Positions 24,108-36,322 of a stretch of 64,000 nt of DNA are shown here, in pieces. The notes below the pieces were generated by a model. It was not told where the DNA came from and searched no databases. It saw only the letters and a list, made by a program, of their open reading frames with translations. Position numbers and translations under genes: made by a program. This DNA is from Alloascoidea hylecoeti (Eukaryota). Numbering within the stretch: position 1 is the stretch's first letter; every line of letters starts with the position of its first letter. The stretch lies in NCBI GenBank assembly GCA_001600815.1, contig BCKZ01000006.1:372001-436000 (forward strand), in the 5' to 3' direction.

Positions 24108-27100
24108 TAGATAAACTCATATATAATTATATACATTCTCCGTATCCCCCCGATCTAATCCTTATAATTATGTTATTTCAGCAATTAATTGCAAGAACAA
24201 ACACAAAATATTCTCTTTAATTTTCGATCTACCAAAGTAGAAGGCAATCAACTTAATAATTAATTAGGTTAACGTTATACCGGTATATAAGTTATAACTA
24301 ATGTTTATAGCTGTACAGTATACATATATATACATAGCCACAGTTGTTTGATATCTTCCATCCAACTTTTTCCAACTTTCATTCCTTCACGATTGGGAGG
24401 GTGACATCGATTCTTGTGGCACTCGGTGAAGAGTTCGGACCTTAATTATGGAACCTAATTTAAGACGAGCAGGCTCCTGTGGGCATACACTATTACCAGC
24501 TATCCACTCTCACCAAGCTGAAACCCTGTTTCATTACAATTGTGAATAAACTCTAGTTGCTAATGATTTTTGTCCATTAAGGCACCCACTGCCACCCAGT
24601 GGGTTTTATCATCTCTCCGGGTCCTCCTCCTTAAGCTTGTTACTGCCGAGGAAACAATACACTTCCAATCCCTTATATTTTTTCCTGAGAAACCATGCAA
24701 TTAACCCTCACATAACCACCAGTAAAGCCGTTCTTGGTTGGTTTCTTGATGGTGGTGTTCATCCTCCTCTAAATTCCTTCGGTCTACCAACTAATCGATA
24801 TCGCCCACTCCCATGAAGTTGCCCAGTAGTTACTAGTTAGCCGATTCTTTTCTCCGTTGGTCAATTAAAGGCGGGGGCGCTTATTTAGCTGCTGATCTTG
24901 ATTGTCCACCATTGATATTGGAGAGTTGAACTAATCCGGCATTCCTTGTAATAAGTCTGATCGATCATCGATGTAATCGGCTCATAGAAAGACGATTTTT
25001 TCATTGTTGTTATCTATCAGTATATACATGGCTGCATTATGCATTGAGCGGGTTAATTTGGGCCACGTGAAGAACCTCATCATTTTATACATTATTAAAT
25101 AATGTAAGTAAATGAATTATAAATATGCGGAATTAATACCCAACTGAAATATATTTGCTCTTAGAAAGAGTGAAGTCCCAGTTCACCCTTAAAAGGATGA
25201 TTTTTGTACTTCAGCGCGACGACAGGTTGGACCCTTTAAATTTTTTAAAATTTTTCTCTGTAATATTCTGGGACAATATTGAATTTTTCGTACAATATTA
25301 CAATATTGGTTACGATCACGATAAAAGTTTATGATATGTACTTCATATAATTATAATTTATAAATACCACTGAATCATCTAATAAATATATTAAAATTAG
25401 AATTTTTAACCGAAAAGTCAAAATTTTTTAATTATGAATGCCAAAATATTCAAGTTGCATAGCTAGCTGCACTGTTTCTTTCTGATCATGACCCCTTTTT
25501 GTTTGCTTTCTTTTTTAGGACAAAACATATAAATTTTCATGTATGTGAGAATCTAAGTAAGGGTAACACCTCAAATATGAAATTAGATTATGTAAGAGTA
25601 TACAATAATTTATGTAATATGAGAGCCACTAATCGAGATTTTGTTATCGATTAATTAGAAACATTAATATTAATATTCATTTCTTAATGATATACAATGA
25701 ACAGAAAATTTAGAAACTAAATTAGTTATATCACAGATCGACAAGAATTTGGTTGTAATTAATTAAAACAAAAAAGTGTCAACGATCGATCAGTCAACCA
25801 TGTGTAGGATGTCAAAAAAATCTTAAGCGGTTAATATTTAGGGCATAAATTTACTATAGTTATACAACCAGTGAGAGAAATTTAAAAATTTAAGTCCGAG
25901 TTCATATATGCTTGGAAGTACTATACGTACTACATGTAGCTATTTTATTTCTTTCTTGATCGTTAAAATTGTGGATAGGTTTCCAAATAAAATCTATATC
26001 ATGCTGATCATCATCAACTATATATGAATATATACGTGTATGGTCACTATGGTGCCTATATTGAAATGAGAATCATGATCAAGATCATTATAGCTAGCCT
26101 ATATATCTATATCAGTCCTAGCTTGAATTGCGATTTCTTTTTGTATCATGATGATGTATGCATATATGTGCTCGTAAGTTATGAGTCGTAACTTTAATAT
26201 TTTAATTATAATAAGTGTTACACGAACAATTAATAGTAACAAATATTTGGATAAAAAGGTGATTAGTAAGCACATACTTAGTATCTAACTAGCAATTATA
26301 AGGTCCTTTCAGGTGCCGTAAATCAAATCGAATTAATGCGGATTCTTGGTCATAAGCTAATTAAGGCTTTTTAGTAATTCTAAACCTCGGCTATATCCTT
26401 GCGGCAGATGCCGAATATAGTAATGGAACTATGGAAGCAATACAAAGTAATTTCTGCTTCTTTTTGTAATCGGAAGCTTAATAAATTTATCATATTATGA
26501 TAAAAACGGATGTAAATATTGTGGTTCTACACATATGCATGTTTCCATAGCTTTTATAACTTATAGCTACTGTGGTGTTATACCCGCAACTATATACTGA
26601 CTTATTATGCATAATACTAGTGCCAAAACTAATTATAGAAGCATTATAGATGCAGATTCTACATTTAAATAGCTATATGGTGATCAAAAGAGAGCAGATA
26701 AATTTAAATAAATAACATCTTGCTTCTTACGGGCGCTAATCAACACACACCTCAAAGTGATGCTGACTAATACATACAGACAAAAAGATAGACTAAAAGA
26801 TATAAAGATGACGAGGGTGCTAACCATAATTCATATAGGGCATAAACCTGTGGTTTATTCGGTTGTCTGTATTAATCCCAATTTGGGTGTGATATCGATA
26901 TTGCAATTAATATTGTGCATTAATTTGGAAAACTGGGTTTACCATCAAAAACTATCCAACATTATTAATTTAATAATGATTCAGTGACTTGGACATACAC
27001 AGTTACACACGTATAGCTAATTTAGCTAAAGGTATCAATTTAATTTAGTTATATCTACTCAAATATAGTTGAATGATATATTAATTAATATATAATTAAC

Positions 27101-28414
27101 AGTCCTGCGCATGATGTATAGTTCGATCGCGACTCATGGCATGTTATTACTTATTAGTTAAAGTTTTATGCAATTATAATAACTATCCTAATTATCATGA
27201 ATATTTAGTGAAGCAGGCTATGGGCTATATTGTAATTTCTAAATATGTAATATCATCAATTTGTAATCACAGTTGGATAATATAAGCCTATAACTAAATT
27301 AAAATTAGTATACATTTAAACATACATAGTATCTATATACAGACAATTGCAATTACAAGGGCATTTTGTCCTTCATTTGGAATCTATACCTACAGTGGCT
27401 GTGATTAAAATAAAAGTAGGATATGAAGACCTTAATGTATTTGTGCTATACCCATAATCGAAATTAACGCTTAATGTAACTAAGAAATATTGTATCAATA
27501 CAAGAAACACTACAACATCATTCACGTTGTACCAATATAATATATGTAATACTATGTATGAGTGCATTGATAGCTTAAGATGTATACCATATGCATTCAT
27601 ATAACTTTATAAACTCAAATAGGGCGGATAACAAGTGTCAATTATATGCTAGAGGCTTCAAACGGCAACATAAGCACCTACATACATAGCTTTATTCACC
27701 ATAGGCGCATTAGTGCATAATAATACATGGTCTCTTTTATAATGAGAAGAGAAAAGTAAAAAACTGTTCAAAAGTCAAATTACCCGAATGTTCAAACTTC
27801 AAACGCACTATTATATTAATACATCATCAACTTTAATGGCTAGTACTAGTCGAAATACCCAGTTAGATATTCTATCTACTTAAACGGCGATCCATTAATT
27901 CAACACATTGACATTGCGTCAGATATGAGGCCTTACGGTTGGGTCCCACATTATTGAACAGATATTATTAAATGTGGTGTTATGTTTGCGGTGGTTTACC
28001 ACAATTCCAGGCTTCATTTTTACTAGTTTTTGTAGTACTGCGGCCGGTATAGAGAACTAAATAAATGTATGAAGAAAGCAAATGAATGTAAATTATGAGT
28101 TCTAACTGCACTATTAGGTATGTGGTATGTACGATTTTTTCAAACAAAAATAATTTGCGTAGCTCTAAAATATTAGAATATGTCAATGAATTAAAAACAA
28201 AATAAACAAAAGAAAAGAAGCGAACCAGAACCGGAAGAAAAAAGAAACAATAAACGAGAAACGTATTAGACAATGAAAAAAACAAAGAAACAACCAATAT
28301 TGGAAAAAAGGAATTGTAAAAGGACCAGATACAAATAATAAGAAATAGTAACAAAAAAAAAAGCTTTAAATTTATAAATAATAATAAATATGTGAATGGA
28401 TAATACTTTCATGA

Positions 28415-31400
28415 TCATCTTCTTGAATTAATATTCTGAATGCTATTCTCAATAGTCATCTCTTGGATTGGTAGTCTAGTTTTCAATCTTCTTGAATTAA
28501 TATCATCATTATTCCTAGAATAAGCATGTCTCGTATTTATAGTTGGTGAATGCAATCTTGTTGGTGTTGTACCCAAGCCAGTTCTCATGTTTAAACTACA
28601 TTTCCCGGGTATCATTGAAATAATATTTTCTTTACCAGTATTTCTGTCAGTTATAAGGGTGCTAGGTTGATTAATAGTTTTCTTTTTTGGAGTTGGATTT
28701 GGTGCTGTTTGTGTAAACGGTTTTAATGGTCTCGAGGTCAAGCCTTTAAAATTTATTGAAACCCTTCTTCTTGGTCGTAATGAAGATGGTATTTGTAAGT
28801 GTGATTCTAGTCCATATGATTTATGAATACGTTTTTTAGAACTTGATTTTGGTTTAATTAATTTTGTCGCTTTGATTGGTGTTGTAAGATTACCTATAGT
28901 TCGTAAATGAGTTATTGAATCATTTGATTTAACCTTTGTTGTTGATGATTCTTCGGGTATTGTTTGCCATTCCGAGTCATCATCAGTATCACTTCCATTT
29001 AGAATGATATTTTTATTATATTTTACTGGTGTATTAGTCGTTTGATCAATGCTTTCCATTTGGTTTGTAACCCTTTTAGTCAATATGGAAGGTTTAAATG
29101 CTTCAGAGTTAAGCCTTTGTGGGATAGAAGGTTGTTCATTATCATCTTTATTGTCACCTAAATATGTATCAACAGATGTATCGGATGGTGTATCTGATAG
29201 TGTATCTGAATTTATAGATCCTACTAGAGAAAACAACTCAGCACCAGATAAATTTTGTGTAGAGATAGGCAAAGAATAATAATCATAGTTATTAGACGAA
29301 AGCGGAAATGATATGGGCGACGGTATAACAGAAAAAGTCAATTTCAACGAAGATTCAAGTCCCCGATTTAATTCATCCATTAAAGATTTTAATATGAATG
29401 AAACTTCATTATTATTTTCATCATTATTTTTATACAAATTTTCATTTGTTAATTTGGATTTAAATTCAATAATCGATTCAATTGTTTTAATAAATAAATA
29501 TCCCATAAATTGAGTGAAATTATCATTTTCTTCATTTTTTAAAATATACTCCATGATTATTTCTTTTAGCTTAAACTTTAAATTTTCCTTACTTATATTA
29601 AGAAAATTTATATAAAAACTATAGTTTCCATTATTTTCAATATCATTTAATTCCTTAATATTTTTTACTGTTTGAATTTCCAAAAAATCTAATGATTTAT
29701 TAAATTCAACTAATTTTGAATCAATTAATGATTTAATTTTAGATATATCACTTTTTAAACCTAGAATGAATTTATTACATTTATTAGTAAATTCAGAAAT
29801 TTTAAAGGATATGATTTTTTCCAAATTAATTGTTAAAGTTTCTGATGATGATGAGTTGAAAACTTTTTCAAATGATTCTAACCATTGTTGTAATTCAGTT
29901 TCTTGATTTATTTTTGATTTATATGAAATGATTAATTTACTAATTTCAATCGATTTTTCAGATGTTTTAGAATTGAAATTATAATCATTAAATTTTTCAT
30001 TCATTTCATTAATTGAATTGTTAATTAAATTTTGAATTTTTAATAATTTTGAATTTTGATCTTTAACTGTTAAATTAATAATTTTTTTTTCTCTCAGTTT
30101 TAATTCTTGTATTTCTTGTTTTTGTTCACTAATCATTTTTAAATATGATGTAACATGTCTATCTAAATTTGTTGAATTTCTTATTACTTTCGTTTTGATT
30201 TCTTTTGCTCTATTTGCATACTTCAAAGTATTTAATGTCTCATCATAATGATGTGACGAAGGAGAAACACAAACAATCATAACAGTTTTACAATTTCCAC
30301 CTAGAGAGAACTTTAATAATCTTGTTAATTTTGAATCTCTAAATGGTACATGATTTCTTCTTCTTGGATCACATAGAGCATTTATACAGTTACCAAGCGC
30401 TAATAAAGATTTATTAATGTTAGCACCTTCATTTAATCTTACCCCTCGGTTCTGAGTTGCAGAAGCTCTTTCAGAACCAGCCAAATCTATAATTGATAGG
30501 GTTGAGAATAAATGTTCTTCAGAAATATCAACAGTTTTATCTTTAATTGTTAGATTTATTTGTAGAACCGCATGAGATCTTGAAGAAGTTGCATTTGCAG
30601 CTGTCGACGATACAGTTCGATTTAGATTTCCTTGAATTATCATATCCATAACTTGTTTAACATTAACTGGTCTATGACTTGTTAGATTTGATATTGTGAT
30701 TCTTCTTTCATCTTCTCTAATTTGTAAGGAATTTATACCAGAATTTGTAGAATTTGAGGTAGGATTTAATAAATCTTTAATTGTTTCGTTATAAACCTCT
30801 AAATAACTTAAACTTAAGTCAATTTTTTTAGTATCTTCTAGTTGATCTATTCTCTTAAATAGTTCTTGCATTGTCAATGGTATAATTCCAGGTGCTGCAT
30901 TTGTACCAGTGATTGTGTGAGTTTTACCACATCCGGTTGCACCATAGGCAAATACAGTTGCATTATAACCATCTAAAATCACATCGATCAAAGGTTTTGT
31001 TGTTTTATTAAAAACGTCTCGTTGCGAAGCATCCTGATCAAATAATCTATCGAATATAAACCTGTGCTCTTTTATCCTCACATTATTATTCGCAACAGGT
31101 GCATTTGTGGGAGACGAAGGAAATAAATTTTGAAAAGTTGAATAAGGATTCGTTTCGGGAGGATCAAATATTAGCATTTGATCATCAACTGCATTTATGA
31201 TCTTTCGAAGACCGTGGGGAGAATATTTAGTAAACCCGCTATTCGTAGCCGAATTAGAATCTACGTATACGGGATTTGGAGGTTGAGAATTGCCGGATAA
31301 TGAATTCTCTCCAAGAAAAACAGGGTCATTTTTTGATACAGCAAGATGAGATGTTTCTTTACTTGTGAAAGGCCTGACTCTAACTATTGAAAAAAAAATG

Positions 31401-31482
31401 CCAATTAGAACAATATGTCATAGCCCAATGTATACATAAGTGGCATACCTGCTACTGTTATGGAGGACTGTTGGGAATGCAT
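28415..31482 (-). CDS. KIP3: Kinesin-8 motor Kip3, 2 exons, 1000 aa
   Basis: Exon 1 31482-31449 (MHSQQSSITVA), a 65-nt intron GTATGC...TTCTAAT...TAG (31448-31384), then exon 2 VRVRPFT. P-loop GATGCGKT, SSRSH, DLAGSERA and HVPFRDSKLTRLLKFSLGGNCKT. Confidence 0.93.
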
Positions 31483-32138
31483 TCTTTCTCCTGGTGCGAA
31501 AAAAAAGAGGTTGAAATTGTGTTCTGAAACGTTCTAATTAATTTTTATACGTATGCCTTGTTGACTTTTGCCCCGAAACGGAATGTCCTCTGTATGCAGT
31601 TGACACGGCAACGTACATTATATGCCTACTCTTTTTTCATCTTCACCATATTTATATATTCACTGTGTATATAATCAATAGATGATAATATATAAATTTA
31701 ATGTTTAGTTGGTATTATTAAATGATAATTATATTTGTCTGCAACTGGCAGCTAACGGTAACCGTTAGGCGGAAACGTGTACAATATTATGCTCCTGTAG
31801 CGATACATATCATACATGTAGTTAATTAAAGCCAGCAACAGCAGATATATAAATAACAGGCTAGGGAGGTTGCAATTATACCTATACTATATATTGTAAT
31901 GATCATGGCATTTCCAGGCATAAGAGTTTTTTATGTTACGAAGATTTCCTCAAGTGTTATAAACTGGCACAAAAATTCTAGATTTCTGATCTAAAATAAT
32001 AGATCATCGGTAACGCCTATATTATATGCATTCCTCGTGTTCAAGTTCAGTTGCAAGCTAGAGGCTTACTCGAATTTCTGGTTTCTTATAATTACAAATA
32101 AACCCTACGTAACAACGTATAAGCCAATAACCTCTATA

Positions 32139-33212
32139 ATGCTAGGAATGGATGTGCCAACAACTCTCGGTTCAAATCAAAATATTGGCCCTCTTATTGA
32201 GAAAATAGATAAAGTTCAAGGCTCTCTAGATCTTATCATCAATAGTCTTGGACTTCAGAATAATCTTAACATCGAGAAAAAGACAAATGTTAATCGTGAT
32301 TCGAAATGTATTGATAAGTTAAAAGTAATAATCGATGATTTGGAACAAAAAATAAATCAACTTGGCCACAAAATAGATCATAATACAAACTTGATTAATT
32401 CTCGATTTGAGCAGCAAGAAGAAACACAAAGTTTGAACTTACAATTGCATAGTGATAATGATTCTAATTCATCTTTGATATTCGTTCCATCTCATACTTC
32501 AGATCCATGGTCTGATTCTGAAGTGGAAGAATTAGAAGAAAATGAGTTTGTGAATATTTCAACTCAGAACCAATCGCCTTCACCTACAACTACCACAATA
32601 GTCACTGTAGCCGATATTGCTTGTGTTCAAGAAATCATGCCATTACCTAAACTTCACGACTGTTGGAGTTTCTTTAAGTGGAAATCGAATGTCGATCTTC
32701 TAATTAATACTCTTCAAATCGATAATTTAAAAGATATACCGCTTAAAAATCTTTCAAATGCAATGGATAGAATAAAATTGACTTCATTAATCAACATGAT
32801 AGTTAACTCTATCCATCATAACAATGGTCGTTTTCAACAATTTTTTATACCTAATATTTTAAACACTACCATAAATAATCTTCTTAAAACAATAGAGAAC
32901 ATGTATTCTCCAACAATTATTAATATTAATAGTGAATTAACGAGGCTTAAGCATACATTCTATATAAATTCAGAGCAGTTTGAGAGAAAAAGTATATGGG
33001 CCAATAATCTTTTTAATATAGCTGAAGAATCAAATATAAATATTACAAATTTTGAAAAATTAGGTATATTGAATATTTGGATTAAAAAAAGAAGTGATTT
33101 GATTGATATTTTCAATAAAGAAATAGGTCATAAAGATTATGATGAAATTGTTCTTTTAATGATAAAAGAGATACGAATTAGTGAAGATAGGCGAAAGAAT
33201 GATCAACAGTGA
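32139..33212 (+). CDS. Orphan 357-aa protein: N-terminal coiled coil, acidic linker and C-terminal Ty1/copia Gag capsid-like region (candidate domesticated gag)
   Basis: Intact 1074-nt ORF in very AT-rich DNA. [22 protein letters not shown] and [35 protein letters not shown]...[14 protein letters not shown] follow the copia CA-NTD/CTD (UBN2-like) pattern. No LTR, PBS or pol nearby. Confidence 0.6.
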   Translation: [357 protein letters not shown]

Positions 33213-33458
33213 TTTTTCCTTTTTATTCTATTCTTCTTTTAATTAATCAGATATATAAAATTAACATTAAAATATAAGAGAAATATTTAAACATTAATTA
33301 ATATTGGATTTTAAAAGTTTAATGCTTAATAACAATGTGTTGGATCAAGAAAAGTATGCAAATCCATGAAAAGAAACAATAATAGCAATTATGAATAATT
33401 ATAACAATAATACGTGACAAAATATTTTTCTTCAAATTTTTAGTTTGCCATTGCGTTT

Positions 33459-34658
33459 TCATTTATTGATTGTTTTATCAGCTTCATGATAAACTAAATA
33501 ATTTGGTAAACCAAAAACATCATATCCCAATCGTTTAGCCACTTTTCCGAATCCTTCACTTTCAATTAAATGATAAAATGGAAATGTTGGAAACATGGCA
33601 CCATCTCTATGAACATCAGCGTTAACTAATATACAATTTCTTCCAACACTATCTAATTGCATTTCAACATTGATATCACCATCCTTATCATAATAAAATA
33701 CCATTAGGGCACGATATGTTGCTAAATCGTCTTGTCCGGTTGTTGACTCTTCAGTTAGTATATCTTCATCATCTAAGAGTGCTGCTATTTTTAAACCTTG
33801 TGAACTTTCAACCCAATTCATCATATCATAAGGTGATATATCCATTTTACCTTGATCATTTATTATTCTTTGATAAGTATTTGGACTAATAACAGATTTA
33901 TTGTGCATTGCTAAATCTTGAATTAGTGTTGGTGGTGTTTCGATTATTCCACCATCAAGCCATAAAATCCAAGAAATGTCGGGGGCTATTGTAGATAATA
34001 ATAGATTATTCTTTTTTAATGCCATTTCACTTAATTTTGATTTCAATGCTAATTTTGGATCAACATTTTTTAGTTTGTTTAATTGTCTTGGAGTTATATC
34101 TTCATTTTCTAATCTTATAATCGAAATATGTCGAAATTTTTTATTCTCATTTGTTGCCTTTTTTTCATATGTACGAATTGCCGTTTCTAGCTGTTTCAAT
34201 ATTTTATCTCCTTTTCTAGATCTTGGGACAACAATACCTAAATCAATTAGATTTTTGGGAAATTGTAAAGCTAACAAATTCTCCCAATATTTAGGATTAA
34301 AATTTTCCATATCTGTTAGGATTAGAATATGTTCTTCGTTGAAGAGTGGGTTTGGAGTATGAGTAAGAGCATTTAAATCATAATGAACAATATGATCACC
34401 TTGTAGTGCTAGTGGTCTCACTGTCTCTCCACGAGACCACCAATGGGATAGATCTCGTTCATATTTGAGAGCATTCTGTTTAATTCTCGCATCTGAGTTA
34501 AGATTTGGATTCGCTGCAGTTGAAGAACTGACATTTGAAGAATACAAGACTCGTGAGAATATTGGACCATCGCCTAAGATTAGGTATAATAGGAGCCCAA
34601 AAATAACTAGTGGAGCTATAAGAGTCACACGGCGCTGTGTCTTCCAAGAAATGTGCAT
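33459..34658 (-). CDS. Mnn9-like GT62 (Anp1 family) Golgi mannan polymerase subunit with degenerate DxD, 399 aa
   Basis: Type II membrane anchor; HIVHYDLN, YWENLLALQFPKNLIDLG, IETPPTLIQDL, VHRDGAMFPTFPFYHLIE and GLPNYLVYH motifs, closest to Mnn9. ATG 34658 is preferred over 34796. Confidence 0.88.
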   Translation of the reverse strand: MHISWKTQRRVTLIAPLVIFGLLLYLILGDGPIFSRVLYSSNVSSSTAANPNLNSDARIKQNALKYERDLSHWWSRGETVRPLALQGDHIVHYDLNALTHTPNPLFNEEHILILTDMENFNPKYWENLLALQFPKNLIDLGIVVPRSRKGDKILKQLETAIRTYEKKATNENKKFRHISIIRLENEDITPRQLNKLKNVDPKLALKSKLSEMALKKNNLLLSTIAPDISWILWLDGGIIETPPTLIQDLAMHNKSVISPNTYQRIINDQGKMDISPYDMMNWVESSQGLKIAALLDDEDILTEESTTGQDDLATYRALMVFYYDKDGDINVEMQLDSVGRNCILVNADVHRDGAMFPTFPFYHLIESEGFGKVAKRLGYDVFGLPNYLVYHEADKTINK

Positions 34659-35432
34659 TTGATAAATATTTGTATGGTAGTAAAAAAAAGTGGTGACAGA
34701 AAAATGGAAGTAAAACGACACGTCAAATTTCAACGCAATGCCAATTTCAAAGACAACGGAAAACAACAGGGATGAAAAGAAACGATGTTTAACCATTATT
34801 TATAACTCACCATCATATAAATAATATCGGTGAATTTGGGGTTTGCGTTGATCGGCAGAGTTTTTTTGCATCAATTTTAATTTGTTAGGCTATTTGTGAT
34901 GAAATCTCCTTCACCACTAAAATTCTGCTATTTGGAGGTTTAAACCACTACGTTAAGAAGGATGGTGGTTATGTTCATTGTTAGATAAATAAAACATTGT
35001 AGGCTTTTACTTATAGTTTACAACTAGTGCTACTACTTGTTTAAGTTTGATATCTTGTTTGAGTTTAGTTATAATTGTACAGCACCGATTATCGCCGAAA
35101 CAATTATCAGTATGATTAGTTGTTGTCAGGATCAAATAGAAAAATCAAATATACAAGGGTGGTGAAACCGACAAGAAAAGGCCCTTCATTTAAACTTCAT
35201 GATCATGATATCGGAGGAACTTACACCCATTCGTTCGACTTCCTACACAGTAAGATTTTGAAAGTGCATGTGAACAAGTTGAATACATAAATTTATTATG
35301 ATAGGTACTTAATATTTTTTCTTTATTTAATCATATAACAAGTCAGTATTTATAGTTGATAACTTTTAATGTATAATAGTTGTATATTGTATATATCGTT
35401 TTGAGATTCGTTTGATCCCAGTTTCCAAATAG

Positions 35433-35618
35433 AAATTGCTTTACTTAATTTCGGCCATCCCATAACTAATCTTCAGCCGGGGTTGGTACCCGAAGTTGTT
35501 CCATAGTATCCATAGTCCTGCGTATTAACGGGTCATACCGGTATCAACGCGGTCGAAAATAGTTGTGAGGTGACCGATAACCAGTAGTTAGCATGGCCTA
35601 AATTAAGAGAAATAGCTT
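35433..35618 (+). mobile_element. MITE family A, copy 2
   Basis: TIR ACTTAATTTCGGCCA ... TGGCCTAAATTAAGAGAAATAGCT; internal CCCGAAGTTG and TATTAACGGGTCATACCGGTA shared with the other copies. Confidence 0.75.
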
Positions 35619-36237
35619 TATAAGTTCAATTTAAAAATCTGTAGGTTGCAATTTTGAGATTGAAGAGACTTCAACCGCTGCGCACATATAAGTTTTTTAT
35701 ACCTTTTCGTTTTATTATATAGTATACCAAATGTTATTAATCCATAAGAAGAAAAATGTAATTGGAGAGAAGATTTAGAGGATTATATTTTTCAAATCTT
35801 ATCCGGTTATGATCTAGCACGTGTGCACGTAGATCCTGAGACTTTAAGCCATACGTATTCCCCTCTAAAACCACCCTTTGCGCTGTCAAGTTAAGCTGAC
35901 ACTACATGGAAACTGAAGAAAATATCATCCACAGACAAGAATCAAACCTGCATTGTGTGTTAAATACAAATCATTGACTCACGGAAAGGTGAACTGTCCT
36001 CGACAAAGCCCTTTTAATCGGTCTATTGATTACTTGCTTCAGGATTTCGCTCTCGTTAAGTTGAAACTGCCACCGTTGCGATCTCCGGGTACCCACCATC
36101 TGTGATGAGAAAGAATGCGAATAGCGACGATGCGTTTAACGTCCGACAGAAAACAGCACTTTTTTTTTCAGATGGTCATTAGCTAAGTGGCATGGTCTAC
36201 TCAAAGCCGTCGCCATTTGCAGCTGAAGCAAAAATAA

Positions 36238-36322
36238 AGCCCTACGGGGGGCTCGAACCCCCAACCTTGTGATAACCATATAAAGTAAGAGTCACACGCT
36301 CTACCGATTGAGCTAGCAAGGC
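36238..36322 (-). tRNA. tRNA-Lys(CTT) with a 12-nt intron (36285-36274)
   Basis: GCCTTGCTAGCTCAATCGGTAGAGCGTGTGACTCTTA-[CTTTATATGGTT]-ATCACAAGGTTGGGGGTTCGAGCCCCCCGTAGGGCT; 73 nt after splicing at the canonical 37/38 site. Confidence 0.95.

Noticed and set aside
27980..28354. 124-aa hydrophobic ORF
   Set aside because: Translation of the T-rich KIP3 3' region with a TTG start; low complexity.
35900..36000. Kinase-like words (NIIHR...IKPA)
   Set aside because: Needs arbitrary frameshifts and no other kinase motifs are present.
36102..36226. Possible C/D snoRNA (GTGATGA...CTGA) beside tRNA-Lys
   Set aside because: No rRNA-complementary guide recognised; the boxes could be chance matches.
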